Below, piece by piece: positions 48,054 through 58,849 of a stretch of DNA of 64,000 nucleotides. Position numbers and translations under genes: made by a program. The notes under the pieces are model-generated. The model was not told the DNA's origin and did not search any database. It saw nothing but the letters and a program-made list of their open reading frames with translations. Positions within the stretch are counted from its first letter, which is position 1, and every line of letters begins with the position of its first letter. The DNA lies in assembly GCF_009914755.1 (NCBI RefSeq), contig NC_060928.1; one strand, given 5' to 3'. This stretch comes from the human T2T-CHM13v2.0 reference genome, Homo sapiens.

Positions 48054-48081
48054 TGGTGCCCATACTTGGGGCTCGAACCCA
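48054..48081 (+). promoter_or_regulatory. Primer-binding site for tRNA-Lys(CUU)
   Basis: TGGTGCCCATACTTGGGGCTCGAACCCA, 2 nt after the LTR, compared with the reverse complement of the tRNA-Lys(CUU) 3' end, TGGCGCCCAACGTGGGGCTCGAACCCA. Confidence 0.85.
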
Positions 48082-48160
48082 GGTTGAAGGGTCACCAGCG
48101 CCATGGTTGGAGAACGTGGAACTACACTGGAGGACACCCCAGTACTCTTAAGCAATCCAT

Positions 48161-48170
48161 GTGGTGAGTA
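48161..48170 (+). promoter_or_regulatory. Probable major retroviral splice donor
   Basis: GTG|GTGAGT in the leader, about 40 nt upstream of the gag ATG. Confidence 0.6.
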
Positions 48171-48201
48171 AGAAGGGGAGCTCAGAAGCATCAGGGTAAC
48201 A

Positions 48202-49606
48202 ATGAGACAAGTGTGGGCTGTGGTTCGTTCCACCATGGAACCTTTTCACACTGATGAACAGGAGGAAGGAGAGTATAACAAAGTAACAGAAGAGGTGACA
48301 GAGCAGGTTTGTTTGCCAGCTAAAGCTAAAGTGGCAAAGGAGGGAGAGGTTTGTCCCTACACTTTTGCACCCCCTCATTATTTTGAAGTAAAAGAGTGGG
48401 CTGACCCTCCAGATCTTCCTTTTCTGGGGGACCCTGGGCAAAAAGTAGTTGCCCCAGGGACTGTTCAAGCAGCGCCTCCAGCAACCACTCTCAGTTCTAT
48501 TCAGGCAGGAATTCAGCTAGCTAGACAAGAGGGTGATATAGAGGCTTGGCAGTTTCCTGTTAGGATACACCCCTAGATCAACAGGGAAACATTATAGCTA
48601 CGTTTGAGCCTTTTACTTTTAAATTACTCAAATAATTTAAACAAGCTATTAATCAGTATGGACCAGGTTCTCTTTTTGTAATGGGACTGTTAAAGAATGT
48701 TGCTGTTTCCAGTCGGATAATTCCTACTGACTGGGATGCTCTTACTCGAACTTGCCTGACTCCTGCTCAGTTCTTACAATTTAAAACTTGGTGGGCAAAT
48801 GAAGCTTCCATTGAGGCTGCTCACAACGCCCAGGTCCATTCTCAAATTAACATAACTGCAGACCAACCTTTGGGGGTTGGCAGCTGGACTGGTTTAGATG
48901 CACAAGTGGTCATCCAGGATGATGCCATAGAGAAGCTTAGAGGAGTGTACATTAGAGCTTGGGAAAAAAATCACTTCAGGAGGAGAACAATACCCTTCCT
49001 TTAGTGCTGTAAAGCAGGGACCAAAAGAACCGCACACAGATTTTATAGCTCAGTTACAAGAATCTCTTAAAAAGGTGATTGCAGATTCGGCTGCTCAAGA
49101 TGTAGCATTGCAGTTATTAGCTTTCGACAATGCTAATCCTGAGTGCCAGGCTGCTCTGCAGCCTATTAGAGGGAAAGCACATTTAGTTGACTATATTAAA
49201 GCCTGTGACGGTATCAAAGGTAATCTGCATAAAGCTACTTTGTTGGCACAAGCCATGGCAGGACTAAGGGTGGATAAAGGAATTACTTTGTTTCCTGGAG
49301 CTTGTTTTAACTGTGGGAAGCATGGTCATACTAAAAAAGAATGCAGAAAAAAATCAGTGAGTCAGGCCGCCAGTTGTGGGAAAAAAGGAAACTGCTGAAC
49401 CTGGAATATGTCCAAAATTCAAAAAGGGAAAACATTGGATTAATCGATGTCACTCTAAGTTTGCTAAAGATGGGAACCTGATTTTGGGAAATGCCATGAG
49501 GGGCTCGTCCCGGGCCCCATTCCAAACTGGGACATTTATGGCTCAGGCCATTCCTTCACCCCTGTACAATGCCTGTCCCCCGCCACAGCCAGTGGTGCTG
49601 CAGTAG
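48202..49606 (+). pseudogene. gag: gag, frameshifted and with stops; MA largely deleted, CA and two NC zinc knuckles present
   Basis: ORF fragments show AWQFPV (start of CA), the MHR-like region, and the knuckles CFNCGKHGHTKKEC and CPKFKKGKHWINRC. Confidence 0.92.
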
Positions 49607-50420
49607 ATTTATGCTGCACAAAAGCTGTGAGCCTTCTGCCTGGGGAACCCCTGCAAAAAGTACCAACAGGAGTCTGTGGACCCTTACCAGTGGGGACAGT
49701 AGGATTACTTCTAGGTAGATCTAGTTTAAATTTAAAAGGAGTGCAAGTACATACAGGACTCATTGATTCAGATTACAATGGGGAAATTCAAATTGTTATA
49801 TCTACTTCTGTTCCCTGGAAAGCAGAGCCAGAAGAGTGTATAGAACAGCTCCTGATTGTGCCATATGTAGAAATGGGGAAAAGTGAAACTAAATGAACAG
49901 GAGGATCTGGAAGCACAAATAAACAAGGCAAAGCAGCTTATTGGGTAAATCAGGTTACTGATAAATGTCCTACGTGTGAAATAACTATTCAGGGAAAGAA
50001 ATTTAAAGGTTTGGTAGATAGAGAATCGAATGTTTCAGTCATTTCTCTACAGCACTGGCCGTCCACGTGGCCAATTCAAGCCGCTCAATTTAACATAGTT
50101 GGAGTAGGTAAAGCCCCTGAAGTATATCAAAGTAGTTACATATCATATTGTGAAGGGCCTGATGGACAACCTGGGACTATTCAACCATTTATAACATCTG
50201 TACCTATAAATTATGGGGAAGAGATTTATTACAACAATGGGGAGCACAAGTTCTGATTCCAGAACAATTATATAGCCCTCAATGTCAGCATATGAAGCAT
50301 GAAATGGGGTATGTCCCTGGTATGGGACTAGGAAAAAATTTGCAAGGTTTGAAGGAACCGCTTCAAGTGGAAAGACAAAGTTCCCACCAAGGTTTAGGGT
50401 ATCATTTAGGATATCATTTG
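49597..50420 (+). pseudogene. pro: pro: dUTPase, aspartic protease and G-patch (decayed)
   Basis: dUTPase motifs AVDL, GRSS, GLIDSDYNGEI, IEQL and *TGGSGST. Protease active site degenerated to LVDRESNVSVI. G-patch MGYVPGMGLGKNLQG. Slippery-like GGGAAAT at 49486-49492. Confidence 0.92.
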
Positions 50421-52990
50421 ATGGTGGCCATTGTTAAGCCTCCAGAACCTATACCTTTAAAATGGTTAACAGATAAGCCAATTGGATAGAACAGTGGCCA
50501 CTAAGTAAAGAGAAACTGGAGGCTTTAGAGGACTTAGTTACTGAACAATTTGAAAAAGGACACATAGCTCCAACATTTTCCCCTTGGAATTTTCCAGTTT
50601 TCTTAATTAAGAAAAAATCAGGTAAATGGAGAATGTTAACTGATTAAGGGCCATTAATTCAGTTATACAACCTATGATGGCATTACAGCCAGGATTGCCT
50701 TCTCCTGCTATGATTCTGAAAAAATGGCCTTTAATAGTCATAGGTTTAAAAGACTGTTTTTTTTACTATCCCCTTAGCTGAGCAAGACTGTGAATGATTT
50801 GCATTTATAATTCCTGTAGTAAACAACGTGCAGCCTGCTAAACATTTTCATTGGAAAGTGTTGCCACAAGGCATGTTAAACAGTCCAACAATGTGCCAGA
50901 CTTATGTAGGGCAAGCAATTGAACCTACTTGTAAAAAATTTTCACAGTGTTACATTATTCATTATATGGATGATACATTTTGTGCTGCCCACACTCGAAA
51001 AATATTACTCCAATGTTACGATCACTTGCAAAATTTAATTTCTCGTGCTGGTTTAATTATAGCTTCTGACAAAATTCAGACTACTACTACTCCTTATTCC
51101 TACTTAGGGACCTGAGTAAATGACACTACAATAGTGCCACAGAAAGTAACCATACCTAAAGATCAATTGAAAACATTAAATGACTTTCAAAACTTACTAG
51201 GGGACATTAATTGGATACAACCTGCTCTAGGCATTTCTACCTATGCCATCAGTAATCTGTTTTCTATCCTTAGAGGAGATCCTAGTCTCACTAGCCCTTG
51301 GCAATTAACAAAGGAGGCTGAGGCAGAGTTACAACTAATTGAGAAACAAGTGCATAAGACTCAAATAAATAGAATAGATCCAGAGAATACTCTAGATTTG
51401 CTAATTTTTTAAACTCAGCATTCACCTATTCGTGTTATTGTTCAAGAGCAAGATCTTGTAGAGTGTCTTTTTCTTCCACATACTAATTCATGGACTTTGA
51501 CTCCTTATTTGGATCAAATCACTACTATGCTATGAAATGGGAGAATTCAGATTGTTAAATTACATGGATATGATCCTGGAAAAATTATTGTCCCCCTTAA
51601 AAGGGCACAAATACAACAGGCTTTTATAAATAGTCTTTCTTGGCAAAACCATTTAGCTGACTTTGTGGGTATTCTCAATAACCATTTTCCAAAAACGAAA
51701 CTGTTTCAATTTTTGAAATTAACTAATTGGATTCTCCCTAAAATAACTAAATTTAAACCAATTTAAGGTACTGAAAATGTCTTCACAGATGGGGCTAGTA
51801 ATGGTAAAGCTTCTTGTTCTGGCTCGAAAGGTAAAGTTTTCCAGACACCCTATACTTCAGCTCAAAAAGTGGAGCTTGTAGCTGTAATTGAGGTATTGAC
51901 TGCTTTTGATATGCCTATTAATGTGATTTCTGATTCTTCACATGTGGTTCATTCCACACAATTAATTGAAAATGATCAGCTACGATTCCATGCAGATGAG
52001 CAACTGATGACTTTATTTACCCATTGCAAACAGCAGTTAGGAGTGGAATGCACCCTTTTTACATCACTCATATTAGGGCTCATGCACCTCTTCCAGGACC
52101 TTTGACTGCAGGGAATCAAATGGCTGATCGCCTAGTTGCTACTGCAATATCTAATGCTAGACACTTTCACAATTTAACCCATGTTAATGCCTCTGGTCTC
52201 AAACGCAGATACAGCATTACCTGGAAAGAAGCTAAAGCTATTATCCAGCAATGCCCAACTTGCCAAATGGTGCATTCCTCATCTTTTACAGGAGGAGTTA
52301 ATCCTGGAGGATTGGAACCTAATTCTCTTTGGCAAATGGATGTCACACATGTTCCCTTGTTTGGGAGACTAGCTTATGTACATGGATGTTTGGACCCCTT
52401 TTCTCATTTTGTCTGGGCTACATGTCCATCAGGAGAGTCTTCTTCATGTGTTAAATGTCACCTTTTGCAGGGTTTTGCAGTGATGGGCATTCCAGCTTCT
52501 ATTAAAACTGACAATGCCCCAGGCTATACTAGCCAAGCTCTAGCTACATTTTTCTCTATATGGAATATTAAACACTTTATTGATATCCCATATAATTCTC
52601 AAGGACAAGCCATAGTAGAAAGAATGAACCTCTCCCTGAAACAGCAGTTGCAAAAGCAAAAGGGGGGAAACAGCGATTATGGGACTCCACATATGCAATT
52701 GAATCTAGCATTATTGACTTTAAATTTTTTTTAGTCTGCCTAAAGGCCAGAGGCTATCAGCAGCTGAACAGCATCTACAGAAACCAGCTGCAAAGACAGA
52801 AGCAGAACAACTGGTTTGGTGGAGAGATCTGATAATGAAAAGTTGGGAAATAGGTAAAATAATAACTTGGGGTACAGGTTATGCTTGTGCTTCTCCAGGA
52901 CCGAATCAACTGCCAATTCGGGTGCCTTCAAGACACCTGAAACCTTATCATGAGCCAGATGCCAAAGAAGAGATTCTGGGAGGAACCTGA
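50421..52990 (+). pseudogene. pol: pol: reverse transcriptase, RNase H and integrase; near full length with stops and frameshifts
   Basis: LPQG (50861-50872) and YMDD (50963-50974). RNase H FTDG and ELVAV...SDS. Integrase HHCC (H..LTH..CPTC), [15 protein letters not shown] and ERMN. Confidence 0.95.
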
Positions 52991-54270
52991 GGACCCCCGG
53001 TTGCAGCCATATCGAGACTGATGCTGAAGAGGATCTTAAACTGTCACAAGCAACACGTGTCCAACACAGCCACCTACCTGGGGACAGATCAAGAAGCTGT
53101 CACAGATGGCAGAAGAAAACCTGAGGAAAGTGGGACAACCAGTCACAATAAGTAATTTAATGATAGCTATGATAGCAGTGATCACCATTGCCATGAGTAT
53201 TCCTTCAGCAAGGGCTGACACAGAACAATTATACTTATTGGGCATATTTACCTTTTCCACCACTTCTACAGCCTGTAACTTGGCTAGACCCCTCCAATGG
53301 AGGGGTAATGATAGCTCTTGGATGCTTGGTCCTACAGATGATAGAGGCCCATCTCACCCACATGAGGAAGGAACTGTTATGAATATTTCTTTAGGATTTG
53401 AACATCTGCCTATCTGTTTGGGAAAGGCAACTAGTTGCCTACCCCCTCACTAGCAATCTTGGCTGGCAATAATGCCTGGATGTAATCACTCTATGACACA
53501 GTTACACATGCTTTCTGGTCTCAGTATTTACTATAATAAATCTACTCCTATAATTGAGGCATACTGCCCTCAACAACCTATTTATAAACAGAATTGGACC
53601 TGGCCAGAAAAATGAACATACTTATTTGGGAAGGTTGCATTGCAAAACAGGCAGAGGTGCTGTGCAATGATTCCTATGGAATCATTATTGATTGGTCCTC
53701 TAAGGGGATGTTTAGTTTGTATTGCACCTCTCAGTCTGCATGCCACGACCACACTGTGTTCAGCTGGTCTGAACAAAATGGTCAGATGGTAGAAATGGTA
53801 AGAAATACAGCAAGAGTTCCTATTATCTGGAAACATGGTGATATAGTGACACTTCAACCTCAAATGATATGGCCCACTCTAGGAGCTAAACATCAGGATT
53901 TTTGGAAATTATTAATGGCTCTTAATAAGATTAAAATTTGGGAAAGAATAAAAAAGCATCTAGAAGGACACTCTACAAACTTATCTTTGGATATTGCAAA
54001 ATTAATAATGAAAGAACAAATATTTAAAGTATCCCAGACACACCTGACCTTAGTGCTAGGAACTGGAGTGCTTGAAGGAGCTGCAGATGGATTAGCAGCT
54101 ATTAACTCATTAAAATCAATGAAAACACTTGGAGGCTCCACGGTTTCAATGATGATTGTGCTTTTAATCTGTGTTGTTTGTCTTGTATATTCTGCAGAAT
54201 GCAGATTCCGACTCCTACGAGAAGTAGCTTATTGTGATAAAACTGCCTTTCCTTTTATTGTCTTCCAAAA
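52950..54270 (+). pseudogene. env: env, internally deleted and frameshifted
   Basis: Signal-peptide region PPTWGQIKKLSQMAE...MIAMIAVITIA, Cys-rich SU fragment, and TM C-terminal part HLEG..NLSLDIAKL..EQIF with the anchor MMIVLLICVVCLV. Acceptor TTCTCCAG at 52891-52898. Confidence 0.88.
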
Positions 54271-54271
54271 A

Positions 54272-54724
54272 CAAATCTGGCCATAAACAGGCCCCAAAAC
54301 TGGCCATAAACAAAATCTCTGCAGCACTGTGACATGCTCATGATGGCTATGATGCCCATGCTGAAGGTTGTGGGTTTACTGGAATGAGGGCAAGGAACAC
54401 CTGGCCCACCCAGGGCGGAAAACTGCTTAAGGTGTTCCTGAACCACAAACAATAGCAATCTGTGCCTTAAGGACATGTTCCTGCAGCAGATAACTAGCCA
54501 GAGCCCATCCCTTTTTTTCCCGTTTTAATCTATAATCTGTAGAAGCAATGCTTATCACTGGCTTGCCGTCAATAAATATGTGTGTAAAACTCAGTTCGTG
54601 GCTCTCAGCTCTGAAGGCTGTCAGCCCCCTGATTCCCACTCTGCGCTCTATATTTCTGTGTGTGTGTCTTTAATTCCTCTGGCACTGCTGGGTTGGTGTC
54701 TCCACCACAGAGCTGGTCTTGGCA
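54272..54724 (+). mobile_element. 3' LTR (MER9 family), first 17 nt missing
   Basis: Aligns to the 5' LTR from 47598 (CAAATCTGGCC) to the terminal GGCA. AATAAA at 54571-54576. Confidence 0.93.
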
Positions 54725-55454
54725 CTAAGTAAATAAACAGACAAAGACATTTAAAACACAATATGGATACTGTGTTTGTCAGTATCTTTGTAGGATAATA
54801 ATAATAATGATTACTTAATAATAGAAATCAGCATAGAAATAAGTCATGGGTCCAGTTTTCTACTTATTAAATGTATAGTCCTGGAAAAGTAATCATTATT
54901 GTTATCTCTGTATGCCTTTTCTTAATTAGAAAATAATTTGATGAAGACAAAAGCCATTTAGAATTATTTATAAATTCTAAGGCACTAATGTCAAGTCAGG
55001 AAATAAAGACAAAGTGGCCAAGAACACACAATAAAGAAGGAAATACAAAAATATGAAAGCAAAATAAATGGAACAAAAGAAAAATGTTTTTATGTCTTCA
55101 CATTTAGATATCTTAAAATATTCAAAATCAGATGACCATTTGATTATTCCCTTTAATCATATATACTTTCATTATGTATTTATAGTTTCATTAATTTAAT
55201 ATGCATTCTTACAAATCATCATGTGCTATAAACTGAGATATGCACCAGAGTAGCAAAACTGTACATGAGTCATCATACATGCTTTGGAATATATAGTAGT
55301 ATAGTAAGAGAAGAAGACCTGTACATGTCAGGATTATTATATAGGTGTGAAGATAATGGATTTTTACACAATAAAGCAATGACTTAGGTGTCTAGAGGAT
55401 TTGAAAGAAATATTCACAGAAGAAAAAAAATTTGAGTTGGGTATTAAATGGTGA

Positions 55455-56028
55455 TATTTCACGTAATATTGCTGCATAAAAATCTACCTCAAAACTTAAT
55501 GCTTCAAAACAATGAAGAATTGTCAACAACAAACAGCAATCAACAAGTATTCATATCTGAAATCTGCAATTTTGGCAGTACTCAGCAGGAAAGTTTCATT
55601 TCACCTGCATGTGGCATTAGTTGGGGCAGCTTCACTAAGTACTGAAAGAATTATCCTGAAAATGGCTCACTCACATGGCTTGAAAGCTGGTGCCTGCTGT
55701 TGGTTAGATGCTAACTGTGAAGTACAATCAGGAGTCTGGGTATCTCATGAGATCACCTCTTCAGGTGAAATTTTCTATATTTTCATGGGTTCCTGACAAT
55801 ATGGTGGCTGGGTTTTAAGAGTGAATATCTAAAGACAGCTGGGGGATGGCCTTGTATGAGCTGACGATAGAAATTACATGATACCACTTTAGATGTAGTC
55901 ACAGAGCTGCATAGATGCAACTGGAAAGTATATAAGCCATAGAGGAGGAGTATAACAACTCATTTTAAAATAACATGTAAAATAGGAATGTTGGTCTATG
56001 TCAATCCTAGAAAATACAGTCTGCCACA
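55455..56028 (-). mobile_element. MLT1-family (MaLR) LTR
   Basis: ATTGCTGCATAA..CTCAAAACTTAATG, AAAATGGCTCACTCACATGGCT, ending TCTGCCACA. Confidence 0.7.
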
Positions 56029-57049
56029 AATTATCTGGTTTCTGTTTTTGATTTCTTCAGATAAAAGATAAGTAAGAAATTTCAAGTGAATAGATCATCA
56101 CAGACAAAGGCGTAGAATAAAGATATTTGTAAGAAACTGGATTTATCAACAAATACTTGCAAAAATTATCAATGTTCCCATTCATTCTTGATAAAATCAC
56201 ATAAAGGAAAATAGAAAACATCACAAATTAAATCTCTATTTTGTGATAACCTTATCCCCTTTAGCAGCAAATATATATTTAATAAAATCTAATTTTTGGC
56301 AATAAGGAAAAAATGTCATATTGATAAACATCTCAAAGGTAAAATTGGAAAAAATAAAAGAACAGTATTTTGTAATGAACTATAGAGTAATCTGATGCCA
56401 GCAAGGATTTATGATAGAATGGAACACAATATGGTTAACAAAGTGGGATATTTTAAAGTTTTAAGACAGTAATTGGACTTAGAAAGGAAGCAGAAGTGAT
56501 GCTGACTTTCTTAAATGCAGATAGAAAGATCATGTGTCTCTAGAATACACTGTGTTATTTGTAGCTGCACACATTCCCCAGATAACTAATATGTGTGGGA
56601 GATATTTTGATGTTATCATTAAGCATCTTTATCCAAGCTAAGATTGGAAACCATATAAATAACGGTATTAGAAGTCAATCAATTAATGGTAATTTTAAGA
56701 CATTTTCTTTCGTTACTTAGAACATGGTAAAACGCTTGGAAAAAAATAAAATGTTAACTAAGTGTTTTGCATTCATTTTGCTCTGGAACTTATTTTTATC
56801 TCCCCTATTAACTTCTCTGTCTCTTTATTTTTAATTTAAAAAAATTCAAAGTATCAGGAATGATTGAAATATCAGCTTAAACTTTATTTTTATTTGGCAG
56901 CCATTTTACATGACAGATCTGTCAAGGAAGAGTTATTTATTTATTTATTTATTTTACATGTGGCATGAATTTTATCAGCACTACTCCCTCTACAGTAACA
57001 CACCCACACAAACACACACATAATCATGCAGCACATAGACATTTTTTCA

Positions 57050-57524
57050 GTGGAGGGACTTTGGTTTGGGTCCTCAAAAAAACAGATACAAAGATCTGAC
57101 TGGGTGATTTGATAAGCAAGAGACTTATTGGAGAAAAGGACTGTGAGCAATAAATGGTGAAGAGGAGTAGATAATGTGAGGATAGCCTTTACACTTTAAT
57201 GCAGATTTGACATCTATAACAGAAGAAGATGAAAGAATGAGAAATGGGTAGGAAGAGTCTCAGACACAATTCTAAAAATTTCAAACAGGTGAATGCAGAT
57301 ACCCAGAGCCAAAGTTACAAATTATAGGAGTTTCCTGCCCCATTAGAATGAGTCCACCCTACTGCTGTTGTTTCTTCAGCTATTCACTGAAAATAGCCCA
57401 GGAAATACACAGGCTTGTCATGAAAGCAGTTGTGGATCTGGAGGATTTGTGTGGCATCTGGAGCTGCTGGTTTATTATGCTCCACAACAGGGGATTGGAG
57501 TAATGCACATTCATGAGTGCCACA
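57050..57524 (-). mobile_element. Old ERVL-type LTR (LTR16/LTR33-like)
   Basis: TTGGGTCCTC..AAACAGA..TGA and TTATTGGAG motifs, ending TGCCACA. Confidence 0.45.
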
Positions 57525-57599
57525 GGAAGATAGAATAAATAGGTAGATGATAAAAAGTGAGACTAGAAAGAAAATCCTCTCAAAATAACATTATAATTC

Positions 57600-58022
57600 T
57601 GATATAGTTGGGATATTTGTCCCTGCCCAAGTCTCATGTTGAATGGTAATCCTTAATGTTGGAGGCGGGTCCTAGTGGGAGGCGTTTGGATCACGGAAAT
57701 GGATCCCTGATGAATGGCTTGGGACATCTCCCTTGGTGATAAGTGAACTCTCACTCTGAGTTCACACAAGATCTGGTTGTTTAAAAGTGTGTGGCGCTCC
57801 TTACCCCAACTCCCTCTCTCTTGCTCCTGCTTTTGCCATGTGATGTGCCTGCTCCCGCTCCACCTCCTGCCATGATTGTAAGCTTCCTGAGTCCTCCTCA
57901 AAAGCCAACACTGCTATGCTTCCTGCACAGCCTGCAGAATCATGGGCCAATTCAATCTCTTTTCTTATAAATTACCTCTTCTCAAGTATTTATTTATAGC
58001 AATGCAAGAATAGCCTAATACA
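57600..58022 (+). mobile_element. MSTA-like MaLR solo LTR
   Basis: TGATATAGTTGGGATATTTGTCCC...AATAGCCTAATACA. 5-bp TSD AATTC/AATTG. Confidence 0.88.
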
Positions 58023-58849
58023 AATTGTAGATCAAAATATTGGTTTCCTAGATCAAATTTGGAGCCAGCTACCAGATATCATTCTTTTGAACCATATTTT
58101 TGTATAGCAAGCACAACTGAAAATAAAGAATCAAATCATAGAAAATAAAGAAGCAGAAGGTATTACATTTTAGTAATTCACAATAGCTGATTTGTAGGAA
58201 CATTAGTAAACTCCAAACAAATTTCTGGCAGTGAATGAACACAAAGGATATCTTCCATGTTAAAGGTGACATAGGGATTAATGTTATGAGTTCAATTAGA
58301 GAAGTTTAGAGTCATCAGGTGCATAGTAGATCAGTAGTTGGGAAACCTGTACCCTTCATGAATGGCAATATGGTATAGATCCGGGAAACACTGGAGGAAG
58401 TTTGAGTAGATTTTGCCCAGCTGGCCAGAGAAGGACAAACATAATAGATTTCTTCTGGGTTCCATGGACTATACCAGAGAAGAGAGCTTTGAATTAAGGA
58501 GATTTTGTTAAGAATAGCAAGCTTCTTCCCAGCCAGAGTAGTTTAGAGAGCATCCTAAGTACTGTAACAATGGATAAGGCATAGCAGGTCTCAGGTTTGA
58601 GACCATTTAAAAATCTGTCTCTTTAAGAGATTTTTAATTTTGCCCTGGTGTATATACATGTGGGTTTGTTTTCACTAATTCTAGTCAGTATCAGTGGAAC
58701 TTTTTAATCTCAAGACATATCTTTTTCAGCTATGAAAATTTTCAGCTTTGGAAATTTAAATTGTTATCTTCATCTTTTCTACAAATCTCATTGTAGTGCA
58801 ATTTTCGTGATGAGTATTTTATAGAATCTCTGAGCTTGTATGTTTTCAT

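Larger units (their letters stand above)
47581..54724 (+). mobile_element. HERV-K(HML-3)/HERVK9-like provirus with MER9 LTRs, defective, 7144 bp
   Basis: Two direct LTRs, TG at 47581 and CA at 54723-54724. Perfect 6-bp TSD CTAAGT (47575-47580 and 54725-54730). Lys PBS, and gag/dUTPase/PR/RT/RH/IN/env motifs in order. Confidence 0.95.

Noticed and set aside
48054-48081. tRNA gene
   Set aside because: Only the complement of the tRNA 3' end is present. It is the retroviral PBS.
52024-52734. 236-aa integrase ORF as a functional or domesticated gene
   Set aside because: It is bounded by a frameshift and a stop, starts at a non-ATG codon and lacks the C-terminal domain. This is consistent with chance survival in a decaying pol.
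53594-54286. 230-aa env ORF as a syncytin-like gene
   Set aside because: No in-frame signal peptide, furin site or fusion peptide, and there are upstream stops.
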